This document shows positions 39,539 through 49,044 of a stretch of 64,000 nt of DNA, one piece after another. The first letter of the stretch is position 1. Each line of letters begins with the position of its first letter. The translations under genes were made by a program, and so were the position numbers. The notes beneath the pieces are model-generated. The model did not search any database and was not told where the DNA came from. It saw only the letters and a list, made by a program, of their open reading frames with translations. This DNA comes from Dehalococcoidia bacterium (GTDB lineage Bacteria > Chloroflexota > Dehalococcoidia > Lucifugimonadales > Australimonadaceae): the NCBI GenBank assembly GCA_965206315.1, contig OZ242210.1, forward strand, positions 1,474,822 through 1,538,821, read 5' to 3'.

Positions 39539-40162
39539 CTACCCGGCCTCGTATATCTCGAGACCCAGCGCCCGCTCGCCGGGCCCGCTCGACCGCCCCG
39601 GGCAGGCTGAAACCGCGACGATGCACGGCATCAACGCCCGCATGTCGATGTAGTCGCCAGCCTTCACGTCGAACGGCTCCTCCCAGAACGTCCGGCCGTT
39701 CTCGTCGATCCCCGTGCGCATGAAGATGTTGAACGGGTCGTGCACGTAGTTCCCGTCGAGGCCGAACGGCTCCACCGCCTTCGCGAGGATCTCCTGGCAC
39801 CCCGGCGAGTCGATGCCGTAGCGCTCCACCCTGCTGACGGCGCAGCACCGCCCGCTGAGCATGTCGTGCGTGACCGCCCCGCTGGGCGACGGCCGGTGCT
39901 CGACGGTGTCCGCGGTGACCTCGAGCATCGGACGCTCCCATGGCGCCCGCGTCCAGAGGGTGTTCCCCGCGGTGGGATGGATCGTCTCCCGGCGGCGCGT
40001 CACCGACGACCCCAGGTGCTCCCAGGGGTTGTCCAGGTTGAACGCGTTGAAGTCGATAACCTGCGGGCCTTCCGGCTGCGTCAATCGCAGGAGCTGTCCC
40101 TCCCGCAGAACAACCGCCAGACCGTCGTGCTTCCTGACGACATGCGTCTCAAGCAGTCCCAC
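39539..40162 (-). CDS. DUF1989 (urea-carboxylase-associated) family protein
   Basis: QVIDFNAFN......E.L....T ... GDYIDMRALMPCIVAVSACP. Family-level recollection. Confidence 0.65.
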   Translation of the reverse strand: MGLLETHVVRKHDGLAVVLREGQLLRLTQPEGPQVIDFNAFNLDNPWEHLGSSVTRRRETIHPTAGNTLWTRAPWERPMLEVTADTVEHRPSPSGAVTHDMLSGRCCAVSRVERYGIDSPGCQEILAKAVEPFGLDGNYVHDPFNIFMRTGIDENGRTFWEEPFDVKAGDYIDMRALMPCIVAVSACPGRSSGPGERALGLEIYEAG

Positions 40163-40183
40163 GTCGCCCTCCGAACGCAGAGC

Positions 40184-43100
40184 CTACGGAACGAGCGTGC
40201 CCGGCTCCGCGGACCACACCCAGTAGCCCTTGCCGTTCACGATCTCCGGAGGCTCGTCGTCGTCCGCCTCTTCGTCGTCCTTGTCGTCCTCCGGAGCGAT
40301 GCGCACCCAGCGATGGTACTGCCCGTCGAAGGTGTAGGCGACGCGCCAATCGAAGCTGCCGAAGTAGTTGTCGGCCTCGCCGTCTCCGTCTCCCGCTCCC
40401 GGCGCCTTCCCTGCCGCGTTCTGGAACAGGTCTATGACGCCCAGGAGGTTCCAGCCGTGGTTCACGCGGATCGTCGGCGGCAGCGACGTCGTCTCCTGCT
40501 CCGGGATCAGCGGCGCGACCGTTGCGAACGACATCGCGTATACCCAGTAGCCGTAGCCCGCTTCGATCTCCGTCAGGCTGCCGCGCCACGAACCGTCCTC
40601 ATCCACCGCCGCCGTCAGCCAGTTGCTGTCCTGGTACGACATCACTGCCGAGATTCCCCCACTGGGCGGGATCACGGCGTTCAGCGATGGGTCCACCGGC
40701 GTTCCCGGCACCGAGATCAGGTTCCAGCCCGGCGATATGTCGATCTCGTAGGCGCCGCGCGCCACCACCGAGAACGCGAACTCGCCCTCAGCCTCGTTCC
40801 CCGCCTCGTCGACCGCCTTGTAGACGACCTCGTGGCGACCCTGCGCCAGGTTCCCCGCCTGGAGCGCGAACTGCGCATCGTCGACCCTGCTCAGCCGCGC
40901 CGACGCGTCGCCGCCGTTCAGCGTGATCTCGGTGATGTACACCTTCGCGTGCGAGTCCGAGAACTCCGCGTCCGGGTTGTCGCCCCCGCAGCCGCCGTTA
41001 GTGCCCGTGGGGCAGAGCGCGTACTCCTCCCCCTCCGTCGAGAACAGCATCGCCACGATCGGCCTCGCGCTCTCCGTTTCGTCGTCTTCCTGCCCACGGC
41101 GCGGCGTCACCCGCAACTCCGGCGTTGCGTCGTCGTTGAAGTCCGAGTCCAGCTCGAGCAGCAGCCCCGCCTCGTCCATCGCCTCGACGTCGAGTGTGTC
41201 GCCGTCCGATGGGTTGTCCTGTCGTGATACCGGCTTCCAGCCGGGCGTCGAGAAGACGTTGCGGTTCTCGTCCTCCGCGGACACGATCACGCCGATCAGC
41301 TCGCCGAGGCCGGTCAGGCGGGACGCTTCGTACGCCCTGCGCCAGTGCAGCGGGTCCTCCTGCTCCACGAGCGCGCCGCCGGTCTGCACACTCCGTATCG
41401 AGTAGACGTACTTGCCGGTCTTCGTGCCGTTGTCCCTCGTCCCCTCGACCGTGTCGATGGCCACGAAGTAGACCGTTGGCCGGCGGCGCACCTCCTCGTC
41501 GGAGCGTACGTCCACGACGAATTCGCCGTCGCTGTTCGCGATCAGCCGCCCTTTCCCTTCCTCCCTGGCGGGCAGGGGGCCGGGGGTGAGGGTTGCCCCC
41601 TCCGCAAGCGCAGCAACGCCGACCCTGAAGAGCGGTGCGACGATGTCCTCCGCGGTGCGGTCGACGGAGTCGTTGGGGTTGCCTGCGAGGTCGTAGACGA
41701 TCCCTCCGAAGAGCAGCACGTCCGGCGTCTCGTCGGATGCCAGCTCGTCCGCTAGCTGCAGGTAGATGCGGCTGCGGGGGTCGTCTATCGGGTTGCCTTC
41801 GATGTCCATGGCCATCTCGTCGCCAGTCAGGCGGCCGGGGTGGACGATGCCCACCACGCGATGGCCGGAGACCGTGAACTGCTCGTGATCGATCCCGGAG
41901 CGCAACGGCTCACCGAAGTCCACCATGATGGAGTTCCGGTCGGGGACCTCCTTCTCTTCGCGCGTGTCGTAGCCGACGCCCGCCTGCACCGCGCGGACGG
42001 ACGGCTCCGTATCGTCGATCGTGAACGTGTACGGCTGAGGGTTGTCCGTGTCGTCGTACCACCCGACGCTCACGGTCTCGTTGCCGGCGCGGTCCCTGGC
42101 TGTCACCTGCATCTCGTACGAGCCCTCGTCGAAGTTGTTCCCGCGCGCAGCGTACTCGTAGGCGACGCCGGGGCGGTCCCCGAGCAGCGTCCAACGCCCG
42201 ATGTCCGTGATGTCCGACATGGAGCCTACCCGGAGGCTTATGTCGGCGGCCTTGCCGCTCACGGGGATCTGCCCGGCGGAGCGCACGGTGAGCGGTTCGC
42301 CGGAGGTCACCTGGTCGCGGTCGCCGTTGACCTGCGTGAGGTCGCCGTCCGCCGAGCGCACGAGTTCGCCGTCGTGCCGCAGGCCGGAGTCGTCGTCGCG
42401 CACCTCGAACGAGAAGTCGAGGCGGCCGGAACGCCAGGCGCTGTCGTGCTCCGGCGTGATCTCGTCCAGGTCCGGCCCCTCGCCGTCCACCTCCAGCGAC
42501 ACCTGACCGGCGCCCGCGATGCTGATAGTGACGGTGTCGCCGTGCCGCCCGAGGATCGAGGCAATCTCGGTCTGCCCCACCCCATCCGTGTCGTAGTAAG
42601 GTTCCCCGCTGCTGCCCTCCACGCATAGCGGACCGTCACTCGACTCGTAGTCATCTTGCCCAGCGGGTAATTCGGCACGCGGGTCGAGGACGCGGACGAA
42701 CGCCTGGTAATACGTGTTCCCCGAGCCCAACGGGGTCTCTGCCGTCGTTGGCATCTGCACCGTTATGGTGGCACGTCCGCTCCGCACCGTCGCCTCAACA
42801 CAGCCGTCCGCGTTCGGTGTCACTTTGGAATCGACCGCCGTGATGAGGATCGTGTTGTGCGCGTCGGGATCGTTGGAGACGTAGAGCGTGCCGTCGAAGA
42901 ACGTGTACTGAGGCTGTACCTCCGGGTTCGCCAGGTACGCGGTGTCGCCCGTGGTGTGCTCGTCGTCGGTTATCCCTGAGATGCGTGAGTAGGGAGGATC
43001 AGTGGGGACGTACGTGTTATAGGTGCTGTTGAATGCGTTCTTCGCGAGCTTCGCGTCCGCGATGTCGGAGAACACGCCGACGCTGAACCCGCCGCTGCCG

Positions 43101-43228
43101 GTCTTGCCTTCCGTCTTGTCGAAGGTCTGGCCGGACGCAGGCAGCAGCAACAGCGACACAGCGGCTGCCGCCGCGAGCATCGCCAGCAGGACCAGGGGTG
43201 TGTGTCTTCGGATAAGCATGGCCTTCAT
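40184..43228 (-). CDS. large acidic secreted protein, surface-layer-like family, paralog 4 (1014 aa)
   Basis: Different signal peptide (MKAMLIRRHTPLVLLAMLAAAAAVSLLLLPASGQ) and no conserved leader. The block order matches paralogs 1-3 and the protein ends NGKGYWVWSAEPGTLVP. Confidence 0.85.
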   Translation of the reverse strand: MKAMLIRRHTPLVLLAMLAAAAAVSLLLLPASGQTFDKTEGKTGSGGFSVGVFSDIADAKLAKNAFNSTYNTYVPTDPPYSRISGITDDEHTTGDTAYLANPEVQPQYTFFDGTLYVSNDPDAHNTILITAVDSKVTPNADGCVEATVRSGRATITVQMPTTAETPLGSGNTYYQAFVRVLDPRAELPAGQDDYESSDGPLCVEGSSGEPYYDTDGVGQTEIASILGRHGDTVTISIAGAGQVSLEVDGEGPDLDEITPEHDSAWRSGRLDFSFEVRDDDSGLRHDGELVRSADGDLTQVNGDRDQVTSGEPLTVRSAGQIPVSGKAADISLRVGSMSDITDIGRWTLLGDRPGVAYEYAARGNNFDEGSYEMQVTARDRAGNETVSVGWYDDTDNPQPYTFTIDDTEPSVRAVQAGVGYDTREEKEVPDRNSIMVDFGEPLRSGIDHEQFTVSGHRVVGIVHPGRLTGDEMAMDIEGNPIDDPRSRIYLQLADELASDETPDVLLFGGIVYDLAGNPNDSVDRTAEDIVAPLFRVGVAALAEGATLTPGPLPAREEGKGRLIANSDGEFVVDVRSDEEVRRRPTVYFVAIDTVEGTRDNGTKTGKYVYSIRSVQTGGALVEQEDPLHWRRAYEASRLTGLGELIGVIVSAEDENRNVFSTPGWKPVSRQDNPSDGDTLDVEAMDEAGLLLELDSDFNDDATPELRVTPRRGQEDDETESARPIVAMLFSTEGEEYALCPTGTNGGCGGDNPDAEFSDSHAKVYITEITLNGGDASARLSRVDDAQFALQAGNLAQGRHEVVYKAVDEAGNEAEGEFAFSVVARGAYEIDISPGWNLISVPGTPVDPSLNAVIPPSGGISAVMSYQDSNWLTAAVDEDGSWRGSLTEIEAGYGYWVYAMSFATVAPLIPEQETTSLPPTIRVNHGWNLLGVIDLFQNAAGKAPGAGDGDGEADNYFGSFDWRVAYTFDGQYHRWVRIAPEDDKDDEEADDDEPPEIVNGKGYWVWSAEPGTLVP

Positions 43229-43311
43229 ACCATCGTAACCCGAACGTCACCACCGCGTCACCACGACAAGGACGACAGGGAGAGTCGACCTGGACAGGAC
43301 GGAGACACCGT

Positions 43312-43335
43312 AGGGGCGGCCCGAAGGCCGCCCCT
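43312..43335 (-). terminator. hairpin after dnaK (aggggcggcc-ttcg-ggccgcccct on the minus strand)
   Basis: 10-bp GC stem about 30 nt after the dnaK stop. Confidence 0.5.
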
Positions 43336-43365
43336 GGCGATGTCTTACACGGCGTGAGGCGTGTC

Positions 43366-45279
43366 TTACACCTCGCGGTACTCGCCCTCGATGGTGTCGT
43401 CGTCTCCGGCGTCGCTGGCGCCATCGTCGGAGGGCGGGGCGTCGTCCGGGCCGGACGCTGCAGCCTCGGCCTGCTGGCGGGCGTAGACCGCCTCGCCGAT
43501 CTTCTGGACGGCGGCGGAGAGCGCCTGGGTGGCCGCCTGCAGCGACGCGGCGTCCGCGTCCTCCTGCGCGAGTACGCTCCGCACGTCGGCGATGCGCGCC
43601 TCGACCTCGCTCTTCAGGTCGGCGTCGATCTGCTCGCCGAACTCCTGCAGCGTCTTCTCGGCCTGGTAGGCGCTGGTGTCGGCGATGTTGCGCGCCTCGA
43701 TCTGCTCGCGCTTGCGGGCGTCCTCCTCGGCGTGCGCCTCCGCCTCCTTCACCAGCCGCTCGACCTCGTCCTTGGCGAGGCCGGAGCTTGCGGTGATGGT
43801 GATGCGCTGCTCCTTGCCGGTGGCCTTGTCCTTCGCGGAGACGTTCAGGATGCCGTTGGCGTCCAGGTCGAACGACACCTCGATCTGGGGGATGCCGCGC
43901 GGCGCGGGTGCGATGCCGTCCAGGTTGAAGCGGCCGATCGTCTTGTTCTCCCCGGCCATCGTGCGCTCGCCCTGCAGCACGTGTATCTCCACGCTGGGCT
44001 GGCCGTCCGCGGCGGTGGTGAACATCTCGCTCATGGACGTGGGGATGGTGGTGTTGCGCTTGATGAGCGGCGTCGCCACCCCTCCGAGCGTCTCGATGCC
44101 GAGCGTGAGCGGCGTCACGTCCAGCAGCAGGATGTCGGTGACGTCGCCCTGCAGGACGCCGGCCTGGATGGCCGCGCCGACGGCGACGACCTCGTCCGGG
44201 TTGACGCCCTTGTGCGGCTCCTTGCCGAACAGCTCCTTCGCCCGGTCGATGACCGCAGGCATGCGCGTCATGCCGCCCACGAGGACAACCTCCGCGACGT
44301 CGCCGGCGCTGACGCCCGCGTCCTTCAGCGCCTGCTGGCACGGGCCGACGGTGCGGGCGACGAGGTCGACGGTCAGCTGCTCCAGCTTGGAGCGGGTGAG
44401 GCTCATCGCCAGGTGCTTCGGGCCGGAGGCGTCCGCCGTGACGAACGGCAGGTTGATCTCCGTCTGCTGCGCGCTGGAGAGCTCGATCTTCGCGCGCTCG
44501 GCGGCCTCCTTCAGGCGCTGGAGGGCCATGCGGTCCTCGCGCAGGTCGATGCCCTGCTCGCGCTTGAACTCGTCGGCGAGCCAGTCGATGACGCGCTGGT
44601 CGAAGTCGTCGCCGCCGAGGTGCGTGTCGCCGTTCGTGGACTTCACCTCGAAGACGCCGTCGCCGATGTGGAGGATGGAGATGTCGAAGGTGCCGCCGCC
44701 CAGGTCGTAGACGGCGATGACCTCGTCCTGGTGCTTGTCGAGCCCATAGGCGAGCGCGGCGGCAGTGGGCTCGTTGATGATGCGCAGCACCTCCAGGCCC
44801 GCGATCGTCCCGGCGTCCTTGGTCGCCTGCCGCTGGCTGTCGTTGAAGTAGGCGGGCACCGTGATGACGGCCTGGTTCACCGGCTCGCCGAGCTTGGCCT
44901 CCGCGTCGGACTTGAGCTTCTGGAGCACCATGGCGGAGATCTCCGGCGGCGAGTAGTCGCGGTCGTTCATGACGACGGCGGCGTCTCCCGCCTTGCCGGC
45001 CTTGGTGACGTAGCCGAGCGTCTTGCGCTCCGCATCGGTCTCGGTGAACTTCCGCCCGATGAGCCGCTTCACGGAGTAGACGGTGTTCGTCGGGTTCGTC
45101 ACCGCCTGCCGCTTGGCCACCATGCCGACGTACCGCTCGCCGTTCTTCGGGTTGACTGCGACCACGGACGGCGTCGTGCGTCCGCCCTCGGTGTTCTCGA
45201 GGACGAGCGGCTCCCCCGCCTCCATGACGGCCATCGCCGAGTTCGTCGTTCCGAGGTCTATGCCTATTACCTTCGCCAT
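43366..45279 (-). CDS. dnaK: molecular chaperone DnaK
   Basis: [14 protein letters not shown]..., DLGGGTFD. Start at the ATG at 45279, preceded by aaggag. Confidence 0.97.
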   Translation of the reverse strand: MAKVIGIDLGTTNSAMAVMEAGEPLVLENTEGGRTTPSVVAVNPKNGERYVGMVAKRQAVTNPTNTVYSVKRLIGRKFTETDAERKTLGYVTKAGKAGDAAVVMNDRDYSPPEISAMVLQKLKSDAEAKLGEPVNQAVITVPAYFNDSQRQATKDAGTIAGLEVLRIINEPTAAALAYGLDKHQDEVIAVYDLGGGTFDISILHIGDGVFEVKSTNGDTHLGGDDFDQRVIDWLADEFKREQGIDLREDRMALQRLKEAAERAKIELSSAQQTEINLPFVTADASGPKHLAMSLTRSKLEQLTVDLVARTVGPCQQALKDAGVSAGDVAEVVLVGGMTRMPAVIDRAKELFGKEPHKGVNPDEVVAVGAAIQAGVLQGDVTDILLLDVTPLTLGIETLGGVATPLIKRNTTIPTSMSEMFTTAADGQPSVEIHVLQGERTMAGENKTIGRFNLDGIAPAPRGIPQIEVSFDLDANGILNVSAKDKATGKEQRITITASSGLAKDEVERLVKEAEAHAEEDARKREQIEARNIADTSAYQAEKTLQEFGEQIDADLKSEVEARIADVRSVLAQEDADAASLQAATQALSAAVQKIGEAVYARQQAEAAASGPDDAPPSDDGASDAGDDDTIEGEYREV

Positions 45280-45284
45280 TCCGG

Positions 45285-45857
45285 TCACTCCTTCGCTTGT
45301 TCGTCGTTGGTTGTCGTGTCGTCGCCCGCCGCTGCGCCTTGCGAGACGACGACCTGTGCGGCGCGCAGCACCCGGTCAGCACTGTGGTAGCCAGGCTGTA
45401 AGGTCTTGATAACCGTACCTTCGGGCTGAACAGTGCTAGGGATGAAGGCAAGAGCCTCATGCCGAGTAGGATCGAATACCTCGCCCTCTGCAGGGTCAAG
45501 AATTGCAACGCCTTGTCTAGCGAGACGTTGGACCATGTCATCAAAGGCAATCTTGATGCCTCCGTACAAATTAGGGTCAGCATCAGCAGGGAGGTTAACG
45601 ACAGTCGCCCAAATATGGTCGACCATAGGTATGAAGAGGTTCTCCACCATTCGTGTAAACGCCTTATGGGCTTCCATTTGGCGCTCCTCTTCTACTCTCC
45701 GCTTGTAGTTGACCAGGTCGGCCTGCGCGCGCTGGGCTATCGCCTTCATCTCGTCGCGCTCGCGCTCCGCTTGCGCGATGGAATCCTCCGGGGTCTGCGC
45801 CCCGGCCGCCTCGGGCTGGCCGACGCCGGTCTGTTCGTGCTCTTCGTTCGCGACCAT
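45285..45857 (-). CDS. grpE: nucleotide exchange factor GrpE
   Basis: [13 protein letters not shown] ... [16 protein letters not shown]. Confidence 0.92.
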   Translation of the reverse strand: MVANEEHEQTGVGQPEAAGAQTPEDSIAQAERERDEMKAIAQRAQADLVNYKRRVEEERQMEAHKAFTRMVENLFIPMVDHIWATVVNLPADADPNLYGGIKIAFDDMVQRLARQGVAILDPAEGEVFDPTRHEALAFIPSTVQPEGTVIKTLQPGYHSADRVLRAAQVVVSQGAAAGDDTTTNDEQAKE

Positions 45858-45859
45858 GC

Positions 45860-46369
45860 TTACTGCTCTCCGGGCTTCCGTGGGGTCGGCCTGCTCGTGC
45901 CGAGGAACAACTCCATGATGTCCTGCATCGCCTGCTCGAACGGCATGGCCGCGCGCGCGGGCCGCGTTGGCGGTGCCTGCGACGCCTCCATCGCCGAGGA
46001 GAGGCGGTCGAAGACGGCCATCGCCATCTCGACGCCGGCAAGGTTCAGGCGCATCTCGTCCACGAGGTGCTTGATCATGCGCAGTTTCGCGATGTCGCGC
46101 TCCGAGTAGAGGCGCAGCATGCCGACCGTGCGCGACGGTCGCACGAGCCCCACGCGCTCGTACTTGCGGAGCGTCTGCGGGTGCATGTGCAGGATGCGCG
46201 CGGCCACGCTGATGATGTACAGCCCCTCCTCCGGGACGGGAGCGTCCTGCGGGCGCTCCGCCGGGGCCTGCGGCTGCCGTGCGGGAGGCGCGGCGCGCTG
46301 CCCCTCGGCGGTTATCCGAAGGGACGACAGGAGCCGTTCAGTGGCCGTTGGTCTGCGTCGCTGTTGCAT
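45860..46369 (-). CDS. hspR: MerR-family heat-shock repressor HspR-like
   Basis: YIISVAARILHMHPQTLRKYERVGLVRPSRT.GMLRLYSERDI..L..IK. First gene of an hspR-grpE-dnaK unit. Confidence 0.85.
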   Translation of the reverse strand: MQQRRRPTATERLLSSLRITAEGQRAAPPARQPQAPAERPQDAPVPEEGLYIISVAARILHMHPQTLRKYERVGLVRPSRTVGMLRLYSERDIAKLRMIKHLVDEMRLNLAGVEMAMAVFDRLSSAMEASQAPPTRPARAAMPFEQAMQDIMELFLGTSRPTPRKPGEQ

Positions 46370-46422
46370 CGCTACTGCCTCGCGGTGAGGGTGCTGTCTT
46401 CACCTCTGTGTCGGTAGTCCGT

Positions 46423-46461
46423 ATGATATGTATTGACACAGTCCATGTCAACTCTTATCAT
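46423..46461. promoter_or_regulatory. 39-bp palindrome forming two interlocked divergent promoters plus an HspR-type inverted repeat
   Basis: The palindrome reads atgata-tgta-TTGACA-cagtcca-TGTCAA-ctct-tatcat. Plus strand: TTGACA (46433-38), 17 nt, TATCAT (46456-61). Minus strand: TTGACA (46451-46), 17 nt, TATCAT (46428-23). Confidence 0.6.
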
Positions 46462-46561
46462 GCGGACACAGCGGAAAGGAGGCTCCGCTGAGATCGAGAG
46501 AACCGAACTCGGTCCACCGGCGTAGTTCTCTATGAAAGGTGAGTGGGGAAGGAGGACACCG

Positions 46562-46750
46562 ATGATACTCTTCAAAGCCTGCCAGCGGTGTAACGGGGAC
46601 CTTTACGACGCAGCCGACATCTACGGGCCTTACCTGGAATGCATCCAGTGCGGCCACATGATCGACCTGCCGGACGGACGACTCGCCAAGGCCGAAGCGG
46701 AAGGACGCGCGCTCAGGGCGGCGAAGGTGGCGGTGAGAGCGGCGGCGTGA
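46562..46750 (+). CDS. small zinc-ribbon protein (62 aa)
   Basis: MILFKACQRCNGDLY...YLECIQCGHMIDL contains two CxxC pairs. SD ggaaggagg precedes the ATG at 46562. Confidence 0.55.
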   Translation: MILFKACQRCNGDLYDAADIYGPYLECIQCGHMIDLPDGRLAKAEAEGRALRAAKVAVRAAA

Positions 46751-46795
46751 GACGAAGCGCACGCCCTTCGTGAGGCATACGGCGGACCCGGCGGA

Positions 46796-46823
46796 GCCCC
46801 GCCTCTCCAACGAGAGGCGGGGC
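46796..46823. terminator. bidirectional 12-bp-stem hairpin between convergent genes (gccccgcctctc-caac-gagaggcggggc)
   Basis: Perfect inverted repeat. It lies 6 nt after the DUF309 stop and 46 nt after the zinc-ribbon stop. Confidence 0.55.
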
Positions 46824-46829
46824 GTTCGC

Positions 46830-47309
46830 TTATCTCGGGGCATCGACGTCCGTCCTGGTGATGGTGGGGAACGGCGGGCCGAAGTGTCCGTCGCCGGCGG
46901 CGAGCCGGGCGTTCACGTCGTCCATCAGTCGCTGCGTGTCCACGCCGGCGTAGGCCGGGGCGAACGCCCGCAGGATGCGCACGGCCTCGGTCAGCTGGCT
47001 CCGCATCCCCTTCTCGTTCCGGCGCAGTGCGTGGGCGAACCCCGCGCCGAGCTTCGTGAGCGCAAGCAGGAAGAGCCGCTCCGGGTACGGCGCGTCCTTC
47101 CAGATCTCCTCGAACGTGTCGTGGCTGTCGCGGAACCGCCCGTCGTTGAACTCGGCGATGCCGCGCTGCAGCGTTGCGGACCGCGCGAGCGACGCGCCGT
47201 CGCCTCCGTCGCCGGTGCCCGCGACGTACGCGAGCCACTGAGCGTCGGCCTGGCGGCGGGCGCCGTGCGGGAACTCCTGCGGGGGACGGGCGAGCGGCTG
47301 CTGCGCCAT
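46830..47309 (-). CDS. DUF309 domain protein
   Basis: GIAEFNDGRFRDSHDTFEEIWK......RLFLLALTKLGAGFAH. The ATG at 47309 overlaps the ccmE stop (ATGA). Confidence 0.7.
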   Translation of the reverse strand: MAQQPLARPPQEFPHGARRQADAQWLAYVAGTGDGGDGASLARSATLQRGIAEFNDGRFRDSHDTFEEIWKDAPYPERLFLLALTKLGAGFAHALRRNEKGMRSQLTEAVRILRAFAPAYAGVDTQRLMDDVNARLAAGDGHFGPPFPTITRTDVDAPR

Positions 47310-47815
47310 CAGGCGCCAGAGGTCGTGGCGGAGGAGCCCTCGTATTCGTACGGGGCTTCGCCCTCGAGCGACTGGTACTTGGAGGCGCACTTCACGAAGA
47401 CGCGGTCGGTCATGAACACGCCGCCGGGCTCGTAAGTGCCCTCGAGCACGATCTCCGAGTGCGGGTTGAAGAAGAGGTCCGGCAGCACGCCGTCGTACGT
47501 GGCGTCGATCTGCGCGCCGTTCTCGTGCAACTGGAACGTCGCAATGGTGTTCTCGGTGCTTGCTCGGTCGAAGGAGCCCTCGACGAGCGCGCCCTTCACC
47601 TTGAGCGACTCCCCGGCGGCGGGGCCCTGCGCGACGAGCTCGTCGACCGTCAGGTAGAACGACGTTGCCGCCTGGAACGCGGTGAACCCGAAGTAGCCGA
47701 ATGCGGCGAGCAGCACGATGCCGACGATGATGAGCTTGCGCTGCTTCGTGAGGAACGAGGGCGCATCGGTAGCGCCAACGGGCGTTGCGGGCTGTTCTGC
47801 GGGCGTGTACTGCAT
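47309..47815 (-). CDS. ccmE: cytochrome c maturation heme chaperone CcmE, CXXXY variant
   Basis: N-terminal TM anchor, an OB-fold (LKVKGALVEGSF...) and VKCASKYQS in place of the canonical HDENY (Cys143 at 47387-47389, Tyr147 at 47375-47377). Confidence 0.85.
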   Translation of the reverse strand: MQYTPAEQPATPVGATDAPSFLTKQRKLIIVGIVLLAAFGYFGFTAFQAATSFYLTVDELVAQGPAAGESLKVKGALVEGSFDRASTENTIATFQLHENGAQIDATYDGVLPDLFFNPHSEIVLEGTYEPGGVFMTDRVFVKCASKYQSLEGEAPYEYEGSSATTSGA

Positions 47816-47832
47816 GGGTCTGCGCCAGAGTC

Positions 47833-47848
47833 TGTGAACCGCTTCACA
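47833..47848. promoter_or_regulatory. perfect Rex-operator-like palindrome TGTGAA-CCGC-TTCACA upstream of ccmE
   Basis: Located 18-33 nt upstream of the ccmE ATG. It abuts a minus-strand TACAAT (47853-47848). Confidence 0.55.
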
Positions 47849-47859
47849 TTGTAGCAGAA

Positions 47860-47886
47860 TCCCCGCTCCCCTCTGAGGAGCGGGGA
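47860..47886 (-). terminator. 10-bp hairpin after bicupin 1 (tccccgctcc-N7-ggagcgggga), followed by TTCTGCT on the minus strand
   Basis: Separates the bicupin genes from the ccmE transcription unit. Confidence 0.5.
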
Positions 47887-47932
47887 CTCGTTGCTGCTAT
47901 GTCTCCGATCGCCTTCGCAGGCGCTGGTCGGG

Positions 47933-49039
47933 TCACGCCCGGGCGGGGATGAACTCGTGCATACGGGACCTGAGGCCGCGCTTGGTGAGCTCGCTCTCGA
48001 AGAGCGCGTGGATGCGCGGGTCCTCGTCCTCGTACTCGATCTGCATCCCGCCGGCCTTCTCCGACTTGTCCATGTTCTCGTAGCTCCACATCTTGGACTC
48101 GAGAACCGGGTAGCGCGCGCCGCCGAAGTCGAACACGAGGTAGCGCGACTGCCCCGGCGACACGTTGAAGTGCTGGTGGTACGTCGGGCCGTCCGGCGGC
48201 GCGTAGAGCGTGCCCGGCTTCCAGTCGACGCGCACCGTGTCGACCGGGCTCTCGCCCTCCTTCCAGAGCAGCGAGTAACCCTCGCCGGTGACGCAGAAGA
48301 TGTGCGCGCCCGCGTTGTGGGCGTGCGCCTTCTTGTACGTGCCCTCGAAGAACTGCGAGATGTGGCAGTGCATCGACGAGTCGCCGAGCAGGAACTGGAT
48401 GTTGTTCCCCGCCGCGCCGCGGGCGACCCACGGCGGCAGCTCGAAGTTCACCAGTTCCGGCACGAAGTTCGTCTCCCACTGGTGGCGGCCCGGCTTCACC
48501 TGCCGGAACTCGCCCTCGCCGTCGAAGTACTTCTCTGCGGCCATCCGCTCCGGGAAGGAGAACGGGTTGTCGAAGATGAAGTCCGGGTTGCGGAAGACGT
48601 TGAAGATGATGGGGAGGTCGGTCACGGCGGCGAGCCGCGCGGGCTCGGTGCCGGAGCCGTTGAAGATCTGGTGCTTCGCGTTCAGCGGGATGGCGAAGAT
48701 GGCGCTCGGCCCCCACTCGAACGAGTACCGACGCCCGTCCGGACGCTCGATGACCGTCGAGCCGCGTCCGGAGATGACGTGGATCAGCTCGTCGTGCATG
48801 TGCTGTTCCTGGTTGAGCTCGCCGCCCGGCGGGATCTCCACGACGTACGCCGAGAGGTAGTCGCTCTTGCCCGCGACGTGCACGTACGTGCCGAGGCCGC
48901 CGAGGCGCTCCCACGGCTCGACCGGCACGGTGTGGCAGTCGACGGCGTACCCCTCGAAGACGGGGATGTTTTCTTCCTTCAGGAAATCGCGGTAGGGGAA
49001 CACCCCGTAATACGGATTGAATTCGACTTCGTCGCCCAT
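47933..49039 (-). CDS. bicupin protein (gentisate 1,2-dioxygenase-like), copy 1
   Basis: Two cupin motifs: EQHMHDELIHVISGRG and KAHAHNAGAHIFCVTGEG. Substrate unknown. Confidence 0.7.
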   Translation of the reverse strand: MGDEVEFNPYYGVFPYRDFLKEENIPVFEGYAVDCHTVPVEPWERLGGLGTYVHVAGKSDYLSAYVVEIPPGGELNQEQHMHDELIHVISGRGSTVIERPDGRRYSFEWGPSAIFAIPLNAKHQIFNGSGTEPARLAAVTDLPIIFNVFRNPDFIFDNPFSFPERMAAEKYFDGEGEFRQVKPGRHQWETNFVPELVNFELPPWVARGAAGNNIQFLLGDSSMHCHISQFFEGTYKKAHAHNAGAHIFCVTGEGYSLLWKEGESPVDTVRVDWKPGTLYAPPDGPTYHQHFNVSPGQSRYLVFDFGGARYPVLESKMWSYENMDKSEKAGGMQIEYEDEDPRIHALFESELTKRGLRSRMHEFIPARA

Positions 49040-49044
49040 GAGTA

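Noticed and set aside
43247-45583. 778-aa and 678-aa ORFs (43354-45390 +) overlapping dnaK in other frames.
   Set aside because: The DnaK frame is unambiguous. The alternatives are Arg/Gly/Pro-rich GC artefacts.
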